Source: a virus. From it: 51,591 nt of DNA. The notes under the pieces were generated by a model, which saw only the letters and a list, made by a program, of their open reading frames with translations, made no database searches and was not told the DNA's origin. Of this stretch, positions 44,321-51,591 are shown one piece after another; positions within the stretch are counted from its first letter, which is position 1, and each line of letters begins with the position of its first letter. The translations under genes were made by a program, and so were the position numbers. The DNA is taken from IMG/VR virus record IMGVR_UViG_3300044820_000144, positions 1-51,591 of that record, one strand, 5' to 3'.

Positions 44321-47217
44321 TGTCGATCGTCGAGCGCAAGTCCGCCACCCAGCCGGCCACCCCGCCGTCCGGGTACGTCCACTGGTTCGTCAACGCCAGC
44401 GGCCAACCCCAGTACGTCGACGAGTCCGGTGTGCTGCGCTCCTTCCTCGGCGCCACCGGCCCGACCGGCCCCACCGGACCCCAGGGCGTGCAGGGCGTCG
44501 TCGGAGCCACCGGCGTCACCGGGGCCACGGGGCCCACCGGCCTCACCGGGGGAGTCGGCGCCACCGGGCCGGTCGGGGTCACCGGCCCCATCGGGGCGAC
44601 CGGGGCGACCGGGCCGACCGGCCCCACGGGCGTCACGGGCCCCACCGGCCCCGGGCACACCTGGCGCGGCGCCTGGTCCGCGGTCACCGCCTACGTCGCC
44701 AACGACGTCGTCCAGTCCGCCGGGTCCAACTGGATCGCCCTGCAGCCCAGCACGAACGTCACCCCCGTCGCCGGCGCCACGTGGGCCCTGTTCACCTCCG
44801 TGGGAGCCACCGGCGCCACGGGCGTCACCGGCCCCACCGGCGTCACCGGAGCGACCGGGCCGATCGGGGCCACCGGGCCCGTCGGGGTCACCGGACCCGT
44901 CGGCGCCACCGGCGTGACCGGTCCCACCGGGCTCACGGGCGCGACCGGGCCGACGATCACCTACCGCGGTGCGTGGACGACCGCCACCGCCTACGCCGTC
45001 CTGGACGAGACCACCCAGTCCGGCAGCTCCTATCGGTGCATCCTGGCCCACACCTCCGGCGCCACCACCCAGCCCGGGATCGGCGCGAGCTGGACCACCA
45101 ACTGGGCCGTGGAGGCCGCAGCCGGCCAAACCGGCCCTACGGGCGTCACCGGGCCCATCGGAGCCACCGGTCCCGTCGGTGTCACGGGACCCATCGGCGT
45201 CACCGGCCCGATCGGCGTCACCGGTCCGGTGGGAGCGACCGGACCCGTCGGCGCGACAGGCCCGGTCGGGGCCACCGGTCCCACCGGAGTCACCGGGCCC
45301 GCCCCGACGTTCCTGGGCGCCTGGAGCGCCTCGGTCACCTACACCGTGGGGCAGCTGGTCAGCTACCAGGGATCCACCTGGGCCGCCGCCGCGACGAGCC
45401 TCAACGTCCCCCCGGCCACCGGCGCGTTCTGGGCCCTGGTCGCCTCCGTCGGCGCGACAGGAGCCACCGGCCCGGTCGGCGCCACGGGTGCCACGGGCTC
45501 GACCGGGCCCACCGGCGTCACCGGTCCCACCGGACCCGCACACGTCTACAACGTCACCGACTACGGGATCGTCGCCGGATCCTCCGCCGTCGCCGGCGCC
45601 AACGTCACCGCGTGGAACACCCTGATGACCACCGTGGCGGACAACGGGACGGTCTACTTCCCGCCCGGCCCCAACCAGTTCTACTTCAACGCTGCCCTCA
45701 ACATCCCCACCGGCAAGCACCTGCGCATCCAGGGCGGCGGCAACCAGAAGTCCATCATCACCACCACCAGCGCCACCGCGGACATCTTCACCTGCGGCGA
45801 CTGGTACCAGGAGTTCCGCGGCCTGAAGTTCACCTCCTCGGTGACCCGCACCGCCGGCGCAGCGATCAACAGTGGGAACAACGTCCACATCGACGTGTTC
45901 GACTGCGACTTCGCCGGCATGTGGGACGGCATCGTCTACACCGGTGGCGTCAACGCCGGGAACCTCGCCAACGTCTTCAACTGCAACTTCACGAACACCC
46001 TCAGCCGCGGCATCGTCATTGACGGCACCAACGCCAACACGATCCTCACGAACATCACCATGGACGGCACCCTCGGCGTCCAGGTCGCCGGTCTCGCCCT
46101 CCTGCAGTGCGGATCACTGCTGGTCACCAACTGTGACTTCATCCGGGCCCAGAACAACCTGGTCATGAGCCCGACGAGCCCGAACGGGGTGTTCGCGGCC
46201 TACTTCGTCAACACCTTCTTCGACACCTCCTCCGCCAGCTCCGTCAAGCTCACTGGCACCGGCAACATCCAGCGGATCAAGTTCACGAACTGCTGGTTCT
46301 CCGGCTCCGTCACCGGCCTGGAGTTCGCCTCCACCGCGACGACCCTGCCGACCGCGATCGACCTGGTGAACTGCGACATCTTCGGCAACTCCAGCCGCGG
46401 CATCTACGCCAACGGCGTCCAGGACTTCACCGTCACCGGCTCCCGCATCGCCGGGAACACCACCGCCGGCATCGAGACCAACGCCTCCACCGGCTCGGTC
46501 ACCGAGTTCAACCTGACCGGCAACACCGTCGGCGGCACCGCGGGCTTCGGGAATAACGGCACCGGCCTCATCATCAACGCCGGAACCTACAAGTCCTACC
46601 AGATCAGCAACAACGACTTCCAGGACAACACCACCGCCCTTACCGACAACGGCACCGTCGTCCGTGGCAAGCGAATCCGGGACAACCTCCCCAACTTCCT
46701 CACCGATACGCTCACCGTCGGCACAATCGCCACCGTCACTGCCTCCACGGCTGACAACTACGGCCTGCAGTTCACCATCCCCGCCAACACCATCGTCGCG
46801 AACTCCCAGCTCGAATTCGAGCTGATGGGCTTCATGACGAACAACGCCACAAGCGTGAGCTTCACTGCGTTCCTCATGCTCAACGGCACCAAGTACGCAG
46901 TCACGACGCTGACCACGGGCGGCATCGCCTTCACGAACCGCCAATGGCTCTACCGAGGGATGCTGCAGTTCAAGTCGACGGGCGCGACCGGTTCGTTCGT
47001 CACGATGGCGAAGATGGAGACGGGCCCTGCAAGCGCCCAGGCGACCGCCAATACGACCAGCCTGACGGCGTTCGCGAGCAATGCCGGCACTCCCACCACG
47101 ACCACCATCGCCACCAACGCCGACATCCTCGTCAAGATTGGGTGTGCGCAGTCCGGGGCCACCGCCACCGCCAGCAGCATCATGACCGGCCACGTCATCC
47201 AGACGTCCGCCAGATAA
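44320..47217 (+). CDS. collagen-like fibre with carbohydrate-binding repeats and beta-helix (depolymerase-like) domain
   Basis: Four G-x-T triplet blocks separated by three (R/L)GAW..Y..V..GS modules; [15 protein letters not shown]; Asn/Gly-rich beta-helix repeats. Confidence 0.85.
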   Translation: MSIVERKSATQPATPPSGYVHWFVNASGQPQYVDESGVLRSFLGATGPTGPTGPQGVQGVVGATGVTGATGPTGLTGGVGATGPVGVTGPIGATGATGPTGPTGVTGPTGPGHTWRGAWSAVTAYVANDVVQSAGSNWIALQPSTNVTPVAGATWALFTSVGATGATGVTGPTGVTGATGPIGATGPVGVTGPVGATGVTGPTGLTGATGPTITYRGAWTTATAYAVLDETTQSGSSYRCILAHTSGATTQPGIGASWTTNWAVEAAAGQTGPTGVTGPIGATGPVGVTGPIGVTGPIGVTGPVGATGPVGATGPVGATGPTGVTGPAPTFLGAWSASVTYTVGQLVSYQGSTWAAAATSLNVPPATGAFWALVASVGATGATGPVGATGATGSTGPTGVTGPTGPAHVYNVTDYGIVAGSSAVAGANVTAWNTLMTTVADNGTVYFPPGPNQFYFNAALNIPTGKHLRIQGGGNQKSIITTTSATADIFTCGDWYQEFRGLKFTSSVTRTAGAAINSGNNVHIDVFDCDFAGMWDGIVYTGGVNAGNLANVFNCNFTNTLSRGIVIDGTNANTILTNITMDGTLGVQVAGLALLQCGSLLVTNCDFIRAQNNLVMSPTSPNGVFAAYFVNTFFDTSSASSVKLTGTGNIQRIKFTNCWFSGSVTGLEFASTATTLPTAIDLVNCDIFGNSSRGIYANGVQDFTVTGSRIAGNTTAGIETNASTGSVTEFNLTGNTVGGTAGFGNNGTGLIINAGTYKSYQISNNDFQDNTTALTDNGTVVRGKRIRDNLPNFLTDTLTVGTIATVTASTADNYGLQFTIPANTIVANSQLEFELMGFMTNNATSVSFTAFLMLNGTKYAVTTLTTGGIAFTNRQWLYRGMLQFKSTGATGSFVTMAKMETGPASAQATANTTSLTAFASNAGTPTTTTIATNADILVKIGCAQSGATATASSIMTGHVIQTSAR

Positions 47218-47240
47218 CACCATCGAAGGAGAGCTTCGTC

Positions 47241-47540
47241 ATGGCCGAGTACCAGTGCTTCATGACCAACCCCCGCCTCGGGCTCGCGCGCAGCGACTAC
47301 GAGGGCCAGCCGCCGTGGGCGCCGATCATGGTCGACGGCCTCCTGCTCGACACCGACGGCAACATGATCGTCCCGGAGGGATTCGACTGGCCGTCCGGAG
47401 TCGTGAACTTCTTCTCCACCGAGCCCGTCGAGTACGGCGACACGATGGACGATTTCCGCCGCAAGGTCGCCAACTCGATCCCGAACATGTGGCCCCAGCT
47501 CACCGCGGAGGACGTGGTCACCCCGGTCTGGATGGGCTGA
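47241..47540 (+). CDS. hypothetical protein
   Basis: AAGGAG RBS, ATG 47241. Confidence 0.65.
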   Translation: MAEYQCFMTNPRLGLARSDYEGQPPWAPIMVDGLLLDTDGNMIVPEGFDWPSGVVNFFSTEPVEYGDTMDDFRRKVANSIPNMWPQLTAEDVVTPVWMG

Positions 47541-47617
47541 CTCCACCCGAACCCTGCGTTCAGCGTGCGCCCGAGTCGATGACCCGGGCGCACGCCGCCG
47601 ACTGTGGAGGAACCCTC

Positions 47618-47821
47618 ATGAGTGACGACCTGACCCCCGAAGAGCGGGCCCTCCTGGCCGGCCACGGCCAGCCCGCGGACGCCCCCGCACGCAAGGGCCG
47701 CCCTGCCGCCCGCCGGCCCGAGCCGACTGCCCCCGCGACCGAGGCTGCTCGCGGGCCGCTCAGTCCGGCCCAGTGGGACGACGACGGCTGGGGCACCACG
47801 CCGGTCCAGATGCGAGGCTGA
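47618..47821 (+). CDS. hypothetical protein
   Basis: GGAGG RBS. Confidence 0.55.
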   Translation: MSDDLTPEERALLAGHGQPADAPARKGRPAARRPEPTAPATEAARGPLSPAQWDDDGWGTTPVQMRG

Positions 47822-47822
47822 G

Positions 47823-47999
47823 ATGCGCCGGGAGAAGGCCACCGAGCTGGCCGACCTGCCGCACCGCTTCGAGGGAGACGGCGAGCACTGCTCCCTGTGC
47901 AGCTCCGAGCTGCTCGACGTCCGGCACGTCGCCTGGGAGAAGGCCGCCCTCGCGCCGCCGACCAACCCCTGGTTCACCGACCGCGAGCGCGGGACCTGA
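47823..47999 (+). CDS. 58-aa H..CxxC..H protein (not in ORF track)
   Basis: GAGG RBS; PHRFEG..HCSLC..H. Confidence 0.5.
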   Translation: MRREKATELADLPHRFEGDGEHCSLCSSELLDVRHVAWEKAALAPPTNPWFTDRERGT

Positions 48000-48675
48000 G
48001 CGGACGGTGGTCGCTGGGCATCGGGGGCTCGGCGGCCACCTCGGAGCTGGCGCCCGCTGCGCGGGCAGGTCAACACCCACTGCATGGGCGGGCCTTCGGC
48101 CAGCGCCCACACGGGGCCGCAGGCGGCCCCGGTTTCATGGGATAGGGCAGCCAGCTGCGCGCTGGAATGTGCTGTCGGCATTCTGTTGCTGTGCGCCTTC
48201 GGCATCTGCTTTCGGGCATCTGCTGTCGTTCGTTCGCAGGCTCACGAACCAGGCGCGGCAATCCAGTCTTTTTGGGCGTAAGCCCCCCTACCCCCCGTGA
48301 TCGCTCACGATGGGCGCTCCGTATGACCACCCGGATGTGTGGTGCTTCCCGCTTCCCAGTCCCGACCAGGGCTGGTACTGGCATGTGCGCCGTAGGGGAT
48401 GCGTCCGGTGCGAGGCGAGAAGGGGGCTAGGGGGACATGTCCTGCTCCGTTCGAAAGCGCTAAGATGGTCGAAGCGAGCAACACCTGGCCTTGAGGTCCC
48501 CGGCTGGTACCGGGTCTTGACTTCGGTGGTGTTGTGGCCCGGGACGGCTCCTACCGACCCGGGCCTTCGCTGTTTGCGGGACTGAGCCTACCCCCTGTCC
48601 AGCCGTGACCCGATTGAGTGCAGGGCCCTCGGTCGAACACATGATGTCGGATCCGCCAGCGGTGGAACGACATCG

Positions 48676-49020
48676 TTGAAAGCTACGCTGCGGGACGTGC
48701 CGAACGATCCCGGCGCACCCCCCACTCCGGCTGGAGGCCTCGTCGTGCTCACCCTCATTGACGTTCGTCCGGGGGGACTGACCGACGCGATCTGTGAGAC
48801 GGTGCGCCGCTGGTCGGACGCGGCCGAGGCGGGGCAGCTGCGCATCACACCGAATCCGCTCAACCCCTGCCACTACCTGATTCTGACCGGCGGCACCATC
48901 GTCGCCACGCTGCGGATCGTGGATCCGGACAACGAGGTGAAGCCCATCGATACGTCGCCCGACCCGGCCGACGAGAAGGCGGACGAGATGACGACGGAGG
49001 GTCGGTCCGATGCTGAGTGA
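48676..49020 (+). CDS. hypothetical protein
   Basis: 114 aa, overlaps dcd start. Confidence 0.45.
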   Translation: MKATLRDVPNDPGAPPTPAGGLVVLTLIDVRPGGLTDAICETVRRWSDAAEAGQLRITPNPLNPCHYLILTGGTIVATLRIVDPDNEVKPIDTSPDPADEKADEMTTEGRSDAE

Positions 49021-49564
49021 CAGCCAGATCGGCCACGCCACCCGCTGGCAGGGCCTGCACATCAGCGCGTTCAACCCCGAGCAGCTGCAGCCCTCCTCCT
49101 ACGACATCCGCCTCCACCCCCAGCTGCTGGTCCTGAAGGCCGGCGACGAGCCGCTGGACCCCCGCCAGGACACCACCGACCAGTGGACGGAGGTGTACAT
49201 CGACCAGCGGGAGGGATTCCTGCTGCGCCAGGGCGATTTCGCGCTCGGCTCCACCCTGGAGCGGTTCGAGATGGGCCCGCAGCTCACCGGCCAGCTGGAG
49301 GGCAAGTCGAGTCTGGGTCGGCTCGGGCTCAGCGTCCACAGCACCGCGGGCTACCTGGACCCAGGATTCACCGGCCAGGTCACCCTGGAGCTGTCGTGCG
49401 TTCACCCGCGAGGCGTCATCCTGTACCCGGGGATGCGCATCGGGCAGGTGGCGTTCGATACGTGTGTCGACGTGAAGCAGCTGTACGAGGGCAAGTACCA
49501 GCATCAGGTCGGGCCCACGTCCAGCCGGTACCACGAGAACTGGACCGGGGAACGGTGGCTCTGA
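49010..49564 (+). CDS. dcd: dCTP deaminase
   Basis: LQPSSYDIRL, EGKSSLGRLGL.VH.TAG.LDPGF.GQVTLEL, LYPGMRIGQ, GKYQ. Confidence 0.95.
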   Translation: MLSDSQIGHATRWQGLHISAFNPEQLQPSSYDIRLHPQLLVLKAGDEPLDPRQDTTDQWTEVYIDQREGFLLRQGDFALGSTLERFEMGPQLTGQLEGKSSLGRLGLSVHSTAGYLDPGFTGQVTLELSCVHPRGVILYPGMRIGQVAFDTCVDVKQLYEGKYQHQVGPTSSRYHENWTGERWL

Positions 49565-49575
49565 ACGAGGGAGCG

Positions 49576-49797
49576 ATGGAAGAGCACCTGGCGAGCGTGT
49601 TCTCCCACTTCCGGGAGCTGGAACTGTTCGTGGCGATGCTGGCGGTGAAGTTCGGCGACGAACACGAGGGCGGCTACCGGATCACCATCCCGGCCGGGCA
49701 GGCGTGGCTGCTGCGCCAGCACATCACCAGCATGGAGCCTGTCGTGATCCTGCACTTCCAGGCCGACAAGAGTCAGTACGTCGTCGACGTGCTGTAG
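49576..49797 (+). CDS. hypothetical protein
   Basis: GAGGGAG RBS, 73 aa. Confidence 0.55.
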   Translation: MEEHLASVFSHFRELELFVAMLAVKFGDEHEGGYRITIPAGQAWLLRQHITSMEPVVILHFQADKSQYVVDVL

Positions 49798-49913
49798 GCA
49801 AGGGCGTCAACGGCGACAACCCGGGGGACGGGTGCCTTCTGGCCTGTCCTCTTGCGACCTCCCGCCGAAGGCCGGTCATGAAGGCCCTCTCGGCCCAGCC
49901 GGACCTGCGCCCG

Positions 49914-49957
49914 CACAAGGCCCCCCGCCCTTTAGGCGAGCGACGGGGGGCCTTGTG
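49914..49957. terminator. terminator between convergent genes
   Basis: CACAAGGCCCCCCG...CGGGGGGCCTTGTG. Confidence 0.6.
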
Positions 49958-49978
49958 TTGCCCCTGGGGGGGTGGGCT

Positions 49979-50362
49979 TCACGCGTCGTCCAGGGTGTAG
50001 AGCCGGATCTGTGAGCGCGGCTCCTCGCCCGGTGCGCGCCGGTGGATGCGGCAGTGCCAGTCCTCGATCTGCGAGTCGTCGGCGATGACGCCGCGGGTCC
50101 CGTCACGCCGGCACTGCAACGCGTCGGTGATGAGCTTGAGGGTGTTGTCGCCGTCGGTGCGGCGCCGGGTGGCGAAGTAGAACGTCACGTCGATGCCGAC
50201 GGGGCCGGTCCAGGGTTCCCCGCGATAGGCGTGCAGCGCGATCGCGCGGACGTTCGCCTCGGCGGCCACGGTCCTGGCGGGGGTGTAGATCCTGCCGCCT
50301 CCTGCGCGTGGACGACCTTTCGGGACGGGGTCGCCGGGCACGGTGATGTTCAGCAGGTCCAC
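49979..50362 (-). CDS. rusA: RusA family Holliday junction resolvase
   Basis: VPGDPVPKGRPR, YTP..T, DGDNTLK.ITDAL, IADDSQI. Confidence 0.9.
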   Translation of the reverse strand: MDLLNITVPGDPVPKGRPRAGGGRIYTPARTVAAEANVRAIALHAYRGEPWTGPVGIDVTFYFATRRRTDGDNTLKLITDALQCRRDGTRGVIADDSQIEDWHCRIHRRAPGEEPRSQIRLYTLDDA

Positions 50363-50477
50363 GGGAATCCGTCGACGCGAGGATCCCCGGTTCGGAGGAT
50401 GCCGGCGATGCTCGTTCGCGCATCAATGCGTGAGAGACTGGACGGGCGAGGGTGTTCGGAACGCTCCGCGAGCATCC

Positions 50478-51122
50478 ATGAGTCTTTCCCCTGACGAGTT
50501 CTTCGACGGCATCGCTCGCGTCGAGGTCTCGATGGTCTCCGGCGAGGTCGTTCGTGTCCTGGGGGACGTCGAGGGACGGTGGTTCAACGCCACCCGTGAT
50601 TCCTACCTCGAACAGCTGCACTTCACCGAGACCACGGACCTGCGTGACCTGGACCGTCTCCTGGTCCTGGAGCTGATGGTCTTCCGGTGGACCCAGCAAC
50701 TCGCCGCCGGCCAGGACTACATCGGCATGGAGATCGACGAGGAGAAGATCCGCAAGAACATCAAGGAGTACTCCGACGCGGTCACGAAGATCAAGGACTC
50801 GATGGGGCTAACGAAGAAGGCCCGCGACGACGCCGCGAACTCGGGGGACTTCGCCACCTGGTTAGCTGAGCTGAAGATGCGCGCGAAAGTCTTCGGCATC
50901 CACCGGGAGCATCAGCTGTCCAAGGCCCTGGTCCTGATGAACGAGCTGATCTCCATCGTGTCCGCGTTCGACCGCTCGGACACCGAGGAACGACAGAAGC
51001 TCGGCTTCGAGAACGAGAAGGAGATCGTCGACTGGATCCGCTCCACCTTCACTCCCGAGTACCAAGAGGTGGACGCGCATTTCAGGGACTCGGACCAGCG
51101 CTACTGGATTAGGTCCATCTGA
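50478..51122 (+). CDS. hypothetical helical protein
   Basis: 214 aa, strong coding bias; function unassigned. Confidence 0.7.
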   Translation: MSLSPDEFFDGIARVEVSMVSGEVVRVLGDVEGRWFNATRDSYLEQLHFTETTDLRDLDRLLVLELMVFRWTQQLAAGQDYIGMEIDEEKIRKNIKEYSDAVTKIKDSMGLTKKARDDAANSGDFATWLAELKMRAKVFGIHREHQLSKALVLMNELISIVSAFDRSDTEERQKLGFENEKEIVDWIRSTFTPEYQEVDAHFRDSDQRYWIRSI

Positions 51123-51484
51123 TGCTCACCTACGTCGGGCACCTGGCCGCCGTCGCGCGCATCGACATCGACATCTGCCTGGAGGTGAAGCTCGAACCAG
51201 GGGTGTGGATCGTCCGCGAGGACGACGACCGCGAGTACACCGTGACCCGCCTCGGCGGCGTCATCGAGTCCGACGGATCGGTGTCCTTCTCCTTCCCCCG
51301 CGGCATCGCCCGGCGACCCTCGGGCGCCTGGGCCGCCCGGGAACAGATCCTGCACCGCGCCCTGCCCCGCACCGGCCCCGCGCAGGCGTGGGCCGCGCTG
51401 CCCCCGGAAGTCCGCGGCGTCATCGACGACACGTTCCTGCTGGCCCGGGACGGCGTCCCGCAGACGATCGGGGCGACCCCATGA
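51122..51484 (+). CDS. hypothetical protein
   Basis: TGATG coupling. Confidence 0.55.
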   Translation: MLTYVGHLAAVARIDIDICLEVKLEPGVWIVREDDDREYTVTRLGGVIESDGSVSFSFPRGIARRPSGAWAAREQILHRALPRTGPAQAWAALPPEVRGVIDDTFLLARDGVPQTIGATP

Positions 51485-51591
51485 ACGACGAGACGATCCG
51501 GCTCATCTCCTGCCAGGCCCTGCGCAGCGCGGCCCGCGCCATGTTCGACGACTCCGGGGTCGAGCTGGACCTGCGGTCCGAGCCCTGGGTC
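51481..51591 (+). CDS. hypothetical protein, truncated by window end
   Basis: ATGA coupling; open to end. Confidence 0.5.
   Translation, partial: MNDETIRLISCQALRSAARAMFDDSGVELDLRSEPWV

Noticed and set aside
44446-45540. Dense DNA repeats as a VNTR or DGR template/variable pair
   Set aside because: Fully explained by collagen G-x-T codons; no reverse transcriptase and no adenine-specific mismatch pattern
39305-49564. thyX, DUF6378 and dcd as a modified-base pathway
   Set aside because: Ordinary dTMP supply genes common in actinophages; no base-modifying enzymes recognised in the window
50478-51122. Possible terminase small subunit
   Set aside because: Only size and helical character fit; no motif and no large subunit visible in the window

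Overview
High-GC fragment of a large actinobacteriophage (or prophage) genome. No capsid, terminase or integrase gene is recognisable in the window. Two arms diverge from an AT-richer control region at about 22.0-22.6 kb. LEFT ARM (1-21943, almost all minus strand): a small Arg-rich first gene, a 284-aa gene, a ~600-nt ORF-free and strongly structured candidate ncRNA, then about 30 small modular early-type genes (GNAT, YodL-like, DUF932, HTH, unknowns). It ends in a DNA-repair cluster (Ku, ATP-dependent ligase, RuvB-like ATPase) with two tRNA-like genes that have aberrant anticodon loops. About 21 copies of an imperfect palindrome TTTCAG-N3/4-CTGAAA punctuate this arm, mostly at gene boundaries. 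RIGHT ARM: many short genes, several apparently leaderless (Uma2 nuclease, HAD-like, P-loop kinase), an HTH gene, a 4-gene polysaccharide locus, lsr2, tRNA-Tyr, tRNA-fMet, a degenerate LAGLIDADG protein, Dps, thyX, CHAP endolysin, tail-fibre/collagen genes, dcd and RusA. The best candidate for an undescribed system is the Arg-rich protein + large structured RNA + dispersed gene-boundary palindrome of the leftward arm. A second candidate is a putative RNase gene followed by two tRNA mimics. All family calls are by-eye motif recognition; no database searches were run.
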